DNA from: an uncultured virus (IMG/VR IMGVR_UViG_3300032288_005212)
Lineage: Duplodnaviria > Heunggongvirae > Uroviricota > Caudoviricetes
Strand: one strand, 5' to 3'
IMG/VR virus record: IMGVR_UViG_3300032288_005212
Coordinates: 42,085 to 106,084 of that record
DNA: 64,000 nt
Part shown: piece by piece, positions 28,469 through 35,490 of the stretch
Numbering within the stretch: the stretch's first letter is position 1
Layout of the letters: each line of letters starts with the position of its first letter
The notes under the pieces: generated by a model
Seen by the model: only the letters and a program-made list of their open reading frames with translations
Told to the model about the DNA's origin: nothing
Database searches by the model: none
Program-made: the position numbers and the translations under genes

Positions 28469-29212
28469 GTGAAAATAAGTGTGCCAACTAACTGTCCAAG
28501 CTGCGAGTCTCCCCTCGTCTGGAAAAATGACCTTCTTTATTGTGTCAACGAAGATTGCGGCAGCAGGGCTTTTAAGCGCATTCAACACTTTGCACAGACT
28601 TTGAAAATCAAAGGCCTGGGGCCTTCATCAATCCAGAAACTTGACATACAAGATATTCATGATATTTATCATATGTCAGAAGAACAGATTGCAGAAGGAC
28701 TTCAGTCTGAGAAACTGGGCGGAAAACTTGTAGAGGAAATTGAGAAATCAAAATCAGTTTCTCTCGAACAACTTCTTCCTGCATTTTCTATTCCTCTTAT
28801 CGGTAAAACTGCGGCAGAGAAACTCTGCAAGGTTATTAACCATATTTCAGAAGTTACTGTAGAGGTTTGTGAAAAGGCTGGGCTTGGCCCGAAAGCAACA
28901 GAAAACCTGTTGAATTGGTATGAGAGCGAGTTTGTTGGTATTCTTGACTCTCTTCCGTTTTCTTTCGCTACTACTGGTAGTATAAAACCAACTAAAGGTA
29001 TTGTTTGTATTACAGGCAAACTGAAATCATTCAAAACCAAAGCGGAAGCCGAAAAGATTTTGCTAGATTTGGGATACGGTATCAAATCCTCCCTTACAAA
29101 AGAAGTCACAATTCTAGTTAATGAAAGCGGCATTGAATCTGCAAAAACCCAAAAAGCTAGAGACGCTGGTGTCTCTATTGTTACTAACCTTCTTGAAATG
29201 ATAGGAAATTGA
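28469..29212 (+). CDS. ligB: NAD-dependent DNA ligase subunit B (Zn finger, HhH, BRCT)
   Basis: CPSC...C.N..C, IKGLG, IPLIG..AA, VCITGKL, KA...GV.I. Confidence 0.92.
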   Translation: MKISVPTNCPSCESPLVWKNDLLYCVNEDCGSRAFKRIQHFAQTLKIKGLGPSSIQKLDIQDIHDIYHMSEEQIAEGLQSEKLGGKLVEEIEKSKSVSLEQLLPAFSIPLIGKTAAEKLCKVINHISEVTVEVCEKAGLGPKATENLLNWYESEFVGILDSLPFSFATTGSIKPTKGIVCITGKLKSFKTKAEAEKILLDLGYGIKSSLTKEVTILVNESGIESAKTQKARDAGVSIVTNLLEMIGN

Positions 29213-29214
29213 AA

Positions 29215-29946
29215 ATGACGAAACAGAAATGGACTGATGAGCGCACGGACGCTCTTGCAAAATTCGTTGGTGATGAGGCTCCGGTCTCGCACGCAACTGT
29301 AGTAGCTGCTGCTGACGAGATGGATGCTTCCCCTCGTTCGGTAGCTTCTAAGCTCCGCAAAATGGGTTATGAAGTTGAGTCGTCTGCTACTGCAACGACA
29401 AAGGCTTTTTCGGACAGCGAAGAAGCTACGCTTCGTACGTTTGTTGCCGATAACTCTGGCGAATACACCTATGGTGAAATCGCTGCTGCATTCGCTGGTG
29501 GTAAGTTCTCCGCCAAGCAAGTACAGGGTAAACTCCTGTCGATGCAACTGACGGAGCACGTTAAGCCGACTCCGAAAGCCGAAGTAGCGCGTTCGTTCTC
29601 GAGCGCAGAAGAGCAGAAGTTTATTGCTCTGGCTGCTAAGGGCGCTTTCCTCGAAGATATTGCTGACGCTCTTGATCGCAATGTCAACCAAATTCGTGGT
29701 AAGGCACTTTCACTTCTGCGTTCGGGTGCTATTGATGCGATCCCGGCTCAGAAAGAGAGCCACGCTTCCGCCAAGGCCGATCCTCTGGAAGGCGTTGACG
29801 TAGCGAAGATGACTGTTGAAGAGATTGCTGAGCAAATCGGCAAGACGGCTCGTGGTGTTAAGACCATGCTTACCCGTCGCGGCCTCCAGGCTGCTAACTA
29901 TGACGGCGCTGCTAAGGCTGCAAAAGCTGCCGAAGCTAACGGCTAA
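29215..29946 (+). CDS. T5 D5-like DNA-binding regulator
   Basis: RSVASKLRKMG, GKLLSM.LT, IRGKALSLLR, RGVKTMLTRRG; follows ligB. Confidence 0.85.
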   Translation: MTKQKWTDERTDALAKFVGDEAPVSHATVVAAADEMDASPRSVASKLRKMGYEVESSATATTKAFSDSEEATLRTFVADNSGEYTYGEIAAAFAGGKFSAKQVQGKLLSMQLTEHVKPTPKAEVARSFSSAEEQKFIALAAKGAFLEDIADALDRNVNQIRGKALSLLRSGAIDAIPAQKESHASAKADPLEGVDVAKMTVEEIAEQIGKTARGVKTMLTRRGLQAANYDGAAKAAKAAEANG

Positions 29947-29970
29947 TTCTTAAAATTTAAGAATACGGCT

Positions 29971-30008
29971 AGACTGGGAAGGAGTTCGCTCCTTCTCAGT
30001 TTTTTCTT
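29971..30008 (+). terminator. Intrinsic terminator
   Basis: GACTGGGAAGGAG-TTCG-CTCCTTCTCAGTT plus T-tract. Confidence 0.88.
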
Positions 30009-30037
30009 TGCATATTTATTATTACGGGGGATGATAG

Positions 30038-31375
30038 GTGAATCTGGCTAGTATTCTTCTCAAGTCTGTAATCGCGAACAGCGATATAGACACTTGGGCG
30101 GAATGCCAGTATCATTACTTTCCATCCGAATATTCCGAGATTTGGAAGGTAATAGATAAATATGTGCAGACACATGGCGTTCTTCCCTCTTTTGACTCAA
30201 TCAATCTATCTCTTCGTGATGGTCTTCTTCGTGAGCGTTTCTTTTCGCTAGAAAAAGCCGAAGATGTAGATATTGATGGAAAAACACTTCTTGAGTATCT
30301 CAAGAACGAATACACACAAATAGAAATTATGTCGCAACTAGAAAAGTATCTGGAAGATACTATTGCAATCGAATCTGCGGCTGAGAATATTGAAGCTCTT
30401 CAGAACATTGTTTTGAGCGTTGAAGATAAGGTTGATCTGAAGGGTGCTAGTGAAAATATGAGAAAGATGGAACTCTTTGAACCAGAAGAGGATCTTAATC
30501 GTCATATTCCACTTGGTTTGAATTCTGATTATGATAGACTGCAGTCTTTTGCTCCTTCTGAGCTTATTTTGATTGGTGGTCGTCGTGGTGCTGGTAAATC
30601 TACTACTTGTGCAAACATTGCTGCAAATGCTTTTGCAAACGGTAATTCTGTTATGTACTTTACGATCGAGATGACAGCACGAAGCATTATGCAGCGTTGC
30701 TGTTCTGTTGCTACGGGTATTCCGCACACTGCTATTCGAAATAGAAATCTTTCTCTTGGTGAATGGCAGCTTGTAGCAGAGTGGTGGGCTACCAGATTTG
30801 AAGATGGTGAGAGGTCGTACAATAGTTATCTTTCTCATCGAGATTTCAGCAAGTTTCATAAAGAACTAACTCTAAAGCCACTTCGACAAAAACAGTTGGA
30901 TATTGTATATAATCCTTCACTTACTCTAGCGAATATTCGAACGGAGCTAGATAAAAAGATGAGTAAGCTAGAGCCTCGAGTTGTTATTGTAGACTATATC
31001 AACCAAGTAAAGCGCGGAGTAATTACTCGAAATAGAATGGGTCAGTATGACTGGACTGAGCAAATTGAGATTAGTAAGGCTTTAAAAAGTTATGCTCAAG
31101 ATTATAACGTAATTATGATTTCTCCATATCAAATTGATGCAACTGGAGAAGCTCGTTTTGCGAAGGGTATTCTTGATGCAGCAGACGCTGCATTTACTCT
31201 AGACACACATGATAAGGCAGATAACATCATTACATTTAATTGTGTGAAGATGAGAAATAGTGAAGAAGTATCTTTTACATCTACAATGGACTGGGTATCG
31301 TTGAAAATTGGCCCTTGTACTGGGGAGATCCCAAAAAAGGGTGAAGTCACAGAAGATGTTTATGAGGCTGTGTAA
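30038..31375 (+). CDS. DnaB-like replicative helicase
   Basis: Walker A GRRGAGKS, FTIEM, IVDYIN, SPYQ, KMR. Confidence 0.9.
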   Translation: MNLASILLKSVIANSDIDTWAECQYHYFPSEYSEIWKVIDKYVQTHGVLPSFDSINLSLRDGLLRERFFSLEKAEDVDIDGKTLLEYLKNEYTQIEIMSQLEKYLEDTIAIESAAENIEALQNIVLSVEDKVDLKGASENMRKMELFEPEEDLNRHIPLGLNSDYDRLQSFAPSELILIGGRRGAGKSTTCANIAANAFANGNSVMYFTIEMTARSIMQRCCSVATGIPHTAIRNRNLSLGEWQLVAEWWATRFEDGERSYNSYLSHRDFSKFHKELTLKPLRQKQLDIVYNPSLTLANIRTELDKKMSKLEPRVVIVDYINQVKRGVITRNRMGQYDWTEQIEISKALKSYAQDYNVIMISPYQIDATGEARFAKGILDAADAAFTLDTHDKADNIITFNCVKMRNSEEVSFTSTMDWVSLKIGPCTGEIPKKGEVTEDVYEAV

Positions 31376-32202
31376 TGAGCAGTGTAGAGCAAGTTCTTGA
31401 TGAAAAAGGTATTCCATACAGGCAGTCTGGAAAAGATTTGCTTATACGATGCCTAAATCCAGACCATGATGATAGTAACCCATCAATGCGAGTTGACCGA
31501 GTTCTTGGAATTTTTAATTGTTTTGCTTGTGGCCATAAAGGTAATCTTTTTAAGCACTATAAAGTAGAGGTTAGTGAGACTGGAATAAGACGAGAGAAGA
31601 TACGAAGAATAATGGATAATCTTCGTAGTTCTGGAGTAGGTCTATCAATGCCGGAAGGCTACCAACCATTTGAAAGAGATTGGAGAGGTATAAAAGCAGA
31701 TACTTATAAAAAGTTTTCAGCATTTTATCATATAGCTCCAAACTATTCTGGTCGTGTTAACTTTCCTATTCGTAGTCCAAGCGGTAGAATAGTTGCTTTT
31801 CAAGGCCGTGATGAGAGTAGCACACTTCAAAATAAATATATGTTTACTCCTCACGGAGCAAAGCTACCGCTCTACCCACTAGCAAAACCAATACAGGGAA
31901 GAGTTATTTTAGTAGAGGGTATATTCGATATGCTTAACCTACATGATAAGGGGCTTGATAATGCCGTTTGTTGTTTTGGAGTGAATAACTTCAATGAAGA
32001 TAAACTTACTATATTAAAAATTTCTGGCGTCTCTGGAATTGATATTATATTCGATGCCGATGACGCAGGAAAAGCCGGGGCGGAAAAGATAAAGAAAATA
32101 GCTGGAGAGTTTCCTTCAAGAGTAGTAAATTTAAAAGCTGGGGATCCTGGCTCTTTATCTGAAAAACAAGTAGCTGGATTAAGAAAAAGGCTATATGGTT
32201 GA
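31375..32202 (+). CDS. DNA primase
   Basis: CLNPDH...CFAC zinc finger; TOPRIM VEGIFD, FDADDAG. Confidence 0.92.
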   Translation: MSSVEQVLDEKGIPYRQSGKDLLIRCLNPDHDDSNPSMRVDRVLGIFNCFACGHKGNLFKHYKVEVSETGIRREKIRRIMDNLRSSGVGLSMPEGYQPFERDWRGIKADTYKKFSAFYHIAPNYSGRVNFPIRSPSGRIVAFQGRDESSTLQNKYMFTPHGAKLPLYPLAKPIQGRVILVEGIFDMLNLHDKGLDNAVCCFGVNNFNEDKLTILKISGVSGIDIIFDADDAGKAGAEKIKKIAGEFPSRVVNLKAGDPGSLSEKQVAGLRKRLYG

Positions 32203-32207
32203 TTTTT

Positions 32208-32292
32208 GCCCGTATGGCGGAATAGGTAGACGCAACGGACTTAAAATCCGTTTTCTTTGGAAGTGCCGGTTCGAGTCCGGCTACGGGTACCA
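32208..32292 (+). tRNA. tRNA-Leu(TAA)
   Basis: GCCCGTA/TACGGGT, ACGGA-CTTAAAA-TCCGT, long variable arm, CCA. Confidence 0.95.
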
Positions 32293-32459
32293 ATTATGAA
32301 TGAATGTGGAAAACAAGTAGTTGAGCGAGTTATTTATAACGAGCAAAAAGCATATAAAGTTACAGAAACAATTGGATCTTATGTAGGAAATGTACAAGTA
32401 ATTGTAACTCACTATACTCGCAGTCACCCAATATTTGATTATACGCTTGAAAATGTGAT

Positions 32460-32714
32460 ATGAAAACAATAAAGGATTTAGTACCAGAAATTGAAGATTC
32501 TCTATTAGAGAGATTTTATCCACATATTGCCAAAAATATTATAGATTTTTGGGGTACTACTTATTTTAATGACTATATGGATCGTTTATCCGTAGACGAT
32601 AGAGGTTCGAGAGAAGGATTTCCATTTAGTGTGCTAATGGAATTACAAAAAATACTAGAGGCACATACAAATAAGTTCCCTCATTATAAAAGAGTACATA
32701 CAGTATGGGTATAA
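32460..32714 (+). CDS. Hypothetical protein, YPHI...WGT...DDRG.R.GFP family
   Basis: Motif resembles a domain I recall from betaproteobacterial proteins. Confidence 0.6.
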   Translation: MKTIKDLVPEIEDSLLERFYPHIAKNIIDFWGTTYFNDYMDRLSVDDRGSREGFPFSVLMELQKILEAHTNKFPHYKRVHTVWV

Positions 32715-32881
32715 GAGAATCTACTATAGAACAAAGAGAGGAATCTTTTATAGTAAGACTATATGATAAAGTCTTAGTAAAAGTTATAGAAGTATATTCT
32801 ATTCATGAAGCTCAATTTATTAGTAGATGCTGGGACTCTGGTATGTTTACAAAAGACGAGTTTCGAGATTCGGGCCTTTAG
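32705..32881 (+). CDS. 58-aa hypothetical ORF whose stop codon lies inside tRNA-Ile2 (not in track)
   Basis: ATG at 32705 overlapping the upstream gene, TAG at 32879-81. Confidence 0.45.
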   Translation: MGIRESTIEQREESFIVRLYDKVLVKVIEVYSIHEAQFISRCWDSGMFTKDEFRDSGL

Positions 32882-32947
32882 CTTAATGGTCAAAGCAGCG
32901 ACCTCATAAGTCGTTGAGTGTAGGTTCAACTCCTACAAGGCCCACCA
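32872..32947 (+). tRNA. tRNA-CAT, probably Ile2 (lysidine type)
   Basis: GGGCCTT/AAGGCCC, CT-CAT-AA loop; paired 1-72 and no 3 G-C pairs in the anticodon stem, so not initiator; overall like bacterial Ile2. Confidence 0.85.
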
Positions 32948-32952
32948 AGCAA

Positions 32953-33028
32953 GTTCCGATAGCTCAGGGGATAGAGCAGTAACCTTCTAAGTTACTGGTC
33001 GGGGGTTCAAATCCCTCTCGGAACGCCA
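32953..33028 (+). tRNA. tRNA-Arg(TCT)
   Basis: GTTCCGA/TCGGAAC, GTAAC-CTTCTAA-GTTAC, CCA. Confidence 0.95.
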
Positions 33029-33116
33029 GGAAAGATGGCAGAGTGGTTGAATGCAACGGTCTTGAAAACCGTCGAAGAGAAATCTTCCGTGAGTTCGAAT
33101 CTCACTCTTTCCACCA
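33029..33116 (+). tRNA. tRNA-Ser(TGA)
   Basis: GGAAAGA/TCTTTCC, ACGGT-CTTGAAA-ACCGT, long variable arm, CCA; abuts tRNA-Arg with no spacer. Confidence 0.95.
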
Positions 33117-33125
33117 AAATTTTTA

Positions 33126-33154
33126 TTGACATATTCACTTTAATGCAGTATAAT
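33126..33154 (+). promoter_or_regulatory. Sigma70 consensus promoter
   Basis: TTGACA-17 nt-TATAAT. Confidence 0.9.
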
Positions 33155-33161
33155 ACACTTT

Positions 33162-33329
33162 ATGAAAACAACACTAGAAGTATTTGAAATGGACGACGAT
33201 CTCTACCTTCAACTGCCAGATGAGTTTGTAAAAGAACTTGGATGGAACGAGGGTGATACCCTCGTCTGGACTGAAAACGATGATGGGTCTTTTACCCTCA
33301 GAAAAGAAGAGATTTATGCAGAAAATTGA
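33162..33329 (+). CDS. AbrB/MazE/SpoVT-like small DNA-binding protein, 55 aa (not in track)
   Basis: LYLQLPDEFVKELGWNEGDTLVW. Confidence 0.7.
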   Translation: MKTTLEVFEMDDDLYLQLPDEFVKELGWNEGDTLVWTENDDGSFTLRKEEIYAEN

Positions 33330-33424
33330 TAAATACGTTAGTTGCGCTAGTAATTTTATAGAATTCAGTATAATAGTATCAATGATTGGCGTTTGTGTCG
33401 CATCAATACTATTTATGTAATTCG

Positions 33425-33765
33425 TTGATGTAGTGTGAGAGATTTTTGGACGGCGGTTCAATTCCGCCCACCTCCACCTAAGCACATTCGGCTCCAAATG
33501 CTTAGCCGGCGTTTTAGCGGGTTTCATGCTTGAGTTAGGCGCTCAACTGTTAACGGATGTGTTTAGTTGGGGGTGTTTAGGATTTGACAGGAATCAGCAG
33601 CACTGCGGAGAATCGGCAATGTGAAAGTCGTTAGGATTGGGATTACCCGGTCGAAGAAGCAAAAAAAAGTAAACGCAAACGATGACGTTTATTTTGAGGA
33701 TATTCGCCTAGCGGCGTAACATTCTCGGGGTTTTAGGTTATCCTGGCAACAGAAAACCTTTTTAT
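33425..33765 (+). ncRNA. ssrA: Circularly permuted (two-piece) tmRNA; tag ANDDVYFEDIRLAA
   Basis: Acceptor piece comes first (T-arm GGCGGTTCAATTCCGCC, CACCTCC-ACC to 33478), then a 90-nt intervening segment, then GGGGGTG...GGATTTGAC (from 33569) with a G3.U pair; tag frame 33675-33719; terminator 33735-33765. Confidence 0.92.
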
Positions 33766-33800
33766 TACAGCATCTACTGGTGCAGGCTTTAGGAGTATAT

Positions 33801-34148
33801 ATGAAACTCAAGGCTTTTATTTTAAGCAGTTTAATTGCTTTTAATGCTACTGCAGCAGATGCAGTTCTTAGTTGGACATATCCAACTACTTATGAAGATG
33901 GTACAGCTCTCCCAGTATCGGAAATAAGTACCGTTACTATTTATTACGGTTCTACCACAGGATCTTCTGCTTACAAAGTAACTGTAGCTCCTCCTGCAAC
34001 TACATACACTATAACTAACCTTGCAAAAGGTACTTGGTACTTTACTGCTACAGTAACTGCTACAAACGGTTTAGAGTCTGTAAGAAGTGTAGAAGTAAAC
34101 AAATCATTACTTGGCAGCTCAAAGCCAAAAGCCCCAACATTGCGTTAG
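33801..34148 (+). CDS. Secreted fibronectin type III domain protein
   Basis: AGGAG SD; signal peptide ending ATA-A; LSW..P, Y, YTITNL..GTWYF..T. Confidence 0.8.
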   Translation: MKLKAFILSSLIAFNATAADAVLSWTYPTTYEDGTALPVSEISTVTIYYGSTTGSSAYKVTVAPPATTYTITNLAKGTWYFTATVTATNGLESVRSVEVNKSLLGSSKPKAPTLR

Positions 34149-34159
34149 AGTACTAAAAA

Positions 34160-34531
34160 ATGACACTTGTACACAAACACCTAATTATTCGAGCAGAGGT
34201 TGACCGTGCCCCAAATAATCGTATTTGGGCCGAGGAGTGGCTGAAGCAACTTGTAGAAAAAATTGGCATGAAAGTTTGCGCGGGCCCAATCTCAGAATAT
34301 GTAGATATGCCTGGAAATCGTGGACTAACTGCTGTTGTTATTATTGAAACATCCCACATCGCCCTTCATTGCTGGGATGAGCCTACACCAAATCTTCTTC
34401 AGTTTGACGTTTATTCCTGTGGAGAGTTTGATGTAGCCGAGATTCTAAGAGAGCTAGAACAGTTCGGTCTACTAAAAGTAGAATATAAGTTTCTCGATAG
34501 AGAACATGGGTTAACAGAAATTGCAATTTAA
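34160..34531 (+). CDS. speD: Pyruvoyl-dependent S-adenosylmethionine decarboxylase family
   Basis: HKHLII, GLTAVVIIETSHIALH.W, DVYSC. Confidence 0.88.
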   Translation: MTLVHKHLIIRAEVDRAPNNRIWAEEWLKQLVEKIGMKVCAGPISEYVDMPGNRGLTAVVIIETSHIALHCWDEPTPNLLQFDVYSCGEFDVAEILRELEQFGLLKVEYKFLDREHGLTEIAI

Positions 34532-34943
34532 TCACTCTGAAGAAAGAGACGATCTAAGTAAGCCAAATTTATTGCCTTACGGCATTACGCCGTCTGCTCC
34601 AGCAATAATTCTTCCAGACGTTGAACTCTTCAAAAGAAATAAATCGCAAACAGTAAAAAATCACTTTCAAACAAAGTTTGAAGAAATTAAAGCCGAGTAC
34701 CAAAAATTGCTTGACCAAGTATGTATAAATGACTTATTATATAAGTCTAGATACAGTTTTACACCATTAGTTGGTAAAACATACTATCTATATAGGGTAG
34801 CAGAAGAAGACTATATTTTGAGCCTTATCGAACCAGAAAGGTGGAATAAATATGAGTTTATTGGAGCTTTTAGACTTTCATCAAATGATGTTTGGGTGCA
34901 GGAAACATATGAATATAGCAGTGTCAGTAGCACAGGACTATAA
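34521..34943 (+). CDS. DUF2452-like protein
   Basis: LLPY....APAI, YSF.P.VGKTYYLY, LSLI.P..W, G.FRL...W. Confidence 0.7.
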   Translation: MQFNHSEERDDLSKPNLLPYGITPSAPAIILPDVELFKRNKSQTVKNHFQTKFEEIKAEYQKLLDQVCINDLLYKSRYSFTPLVGKTYYLYRVAEEDYILSLIEPERWNKYEFIGAFRLSSNDVWVQETYEYSSVSSTGL

Positions 34944-35247
34944 AGACTGGGAAACTTTTCAATCTGTAATGGATTCTTTTTTAGAACTTCACGATATGGA
35001 TTTTTTAGTTACAGCAAAACCTCACCAGCTTATCTCTCTTTACTGTAAAATTGATATTGTACCATGCTATGTCAACTCTCTCCGTGAACGAGATAAGTAC
35101 GACATGGGTCTGGTATTCTCAACGGCAAAATCGCCTATGAGTGATGAGTGCGAAGTAATGTGCTATGGACACAAGCCGTATTACATATATCATACGGATA
35201 AAGATGAATTTAGTTATATCCACCTTCAAAGTCCCGGAACGACTTAA
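34909..35247 (+). CDS. Hypothetical protein
   Basis: Overlaps the upstream gene; in operon. Confidence 0.5.
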   Translation: MNIAVSVAQDYKDWETFQSVMDSFLELHDMDFLVTAKPHQLISLYCKIDIVPCYVNSLRERDKYDMGLVFSTAKSPMSDECEVMCYGHKPYYIYHTDKDEFSYIHLQSPGTT

Positions 35248-35268
35248 ATCTTGCCCTGGTCGGAGTGA

Positions 35269-35463
35269 ATGATTTATCCTAATTATGAGCGTTGTTGCCA
35301 AAGATGCAAAAACTGGTTTACTTCCCATGAAACCAGTACGCTTACAACAATTTGTATAGAATGTGAACTGGGATTAGCACAGCCTGGTAGTGCGTCTGCT
35401 TTGGGTGCAGAAGGTCGTGTGTTCGAGTCACACATCCCAGACCAAATTAAAGTGCCAATCTGA
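35269..35463 (+). CDS. Putative Zn-ribbon mini-protein whose frame reads through tRNA-Pro
   Basis: GGAG SD, CxxC...CxxC, no stop before the tRNA. Confidence 0.4.
   Translation: MIYPNYERCCQRCKNWFTSHETSTLTTICIECELGLAQPGSASALGAEGRVFESHIPDQIKVPI
35368..35444 (+). tRNA. tRNA-Pro(TGG)
   Basis: CTGGGAT/ATCCCAG, TCTGC-TTTGGGT-GCAGA, CCA. Confidence 0.93.
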
Positions 35464-35490
35464 GATTAAATTCTCTACTTTGAGGTTATT

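Noticed and set aside
27749-28469. Group I intron splitting the ligase
   Set aside because: The split point matches the T5 two-gene ligase, ligB has its own promoter and start, and I see no intron core
28702-29691. 329-aa minus-strand ORF
   Set aside because: Antisense to ligB and D5; explained by codon bias of the real genes
29946-29964. Perfect 9-bp inverted repeat ATTCTTAAA-A-TTTAAGAAT after D5
   Set aside because: AT-rich, single copy and not next to a promoter; plausible by chance
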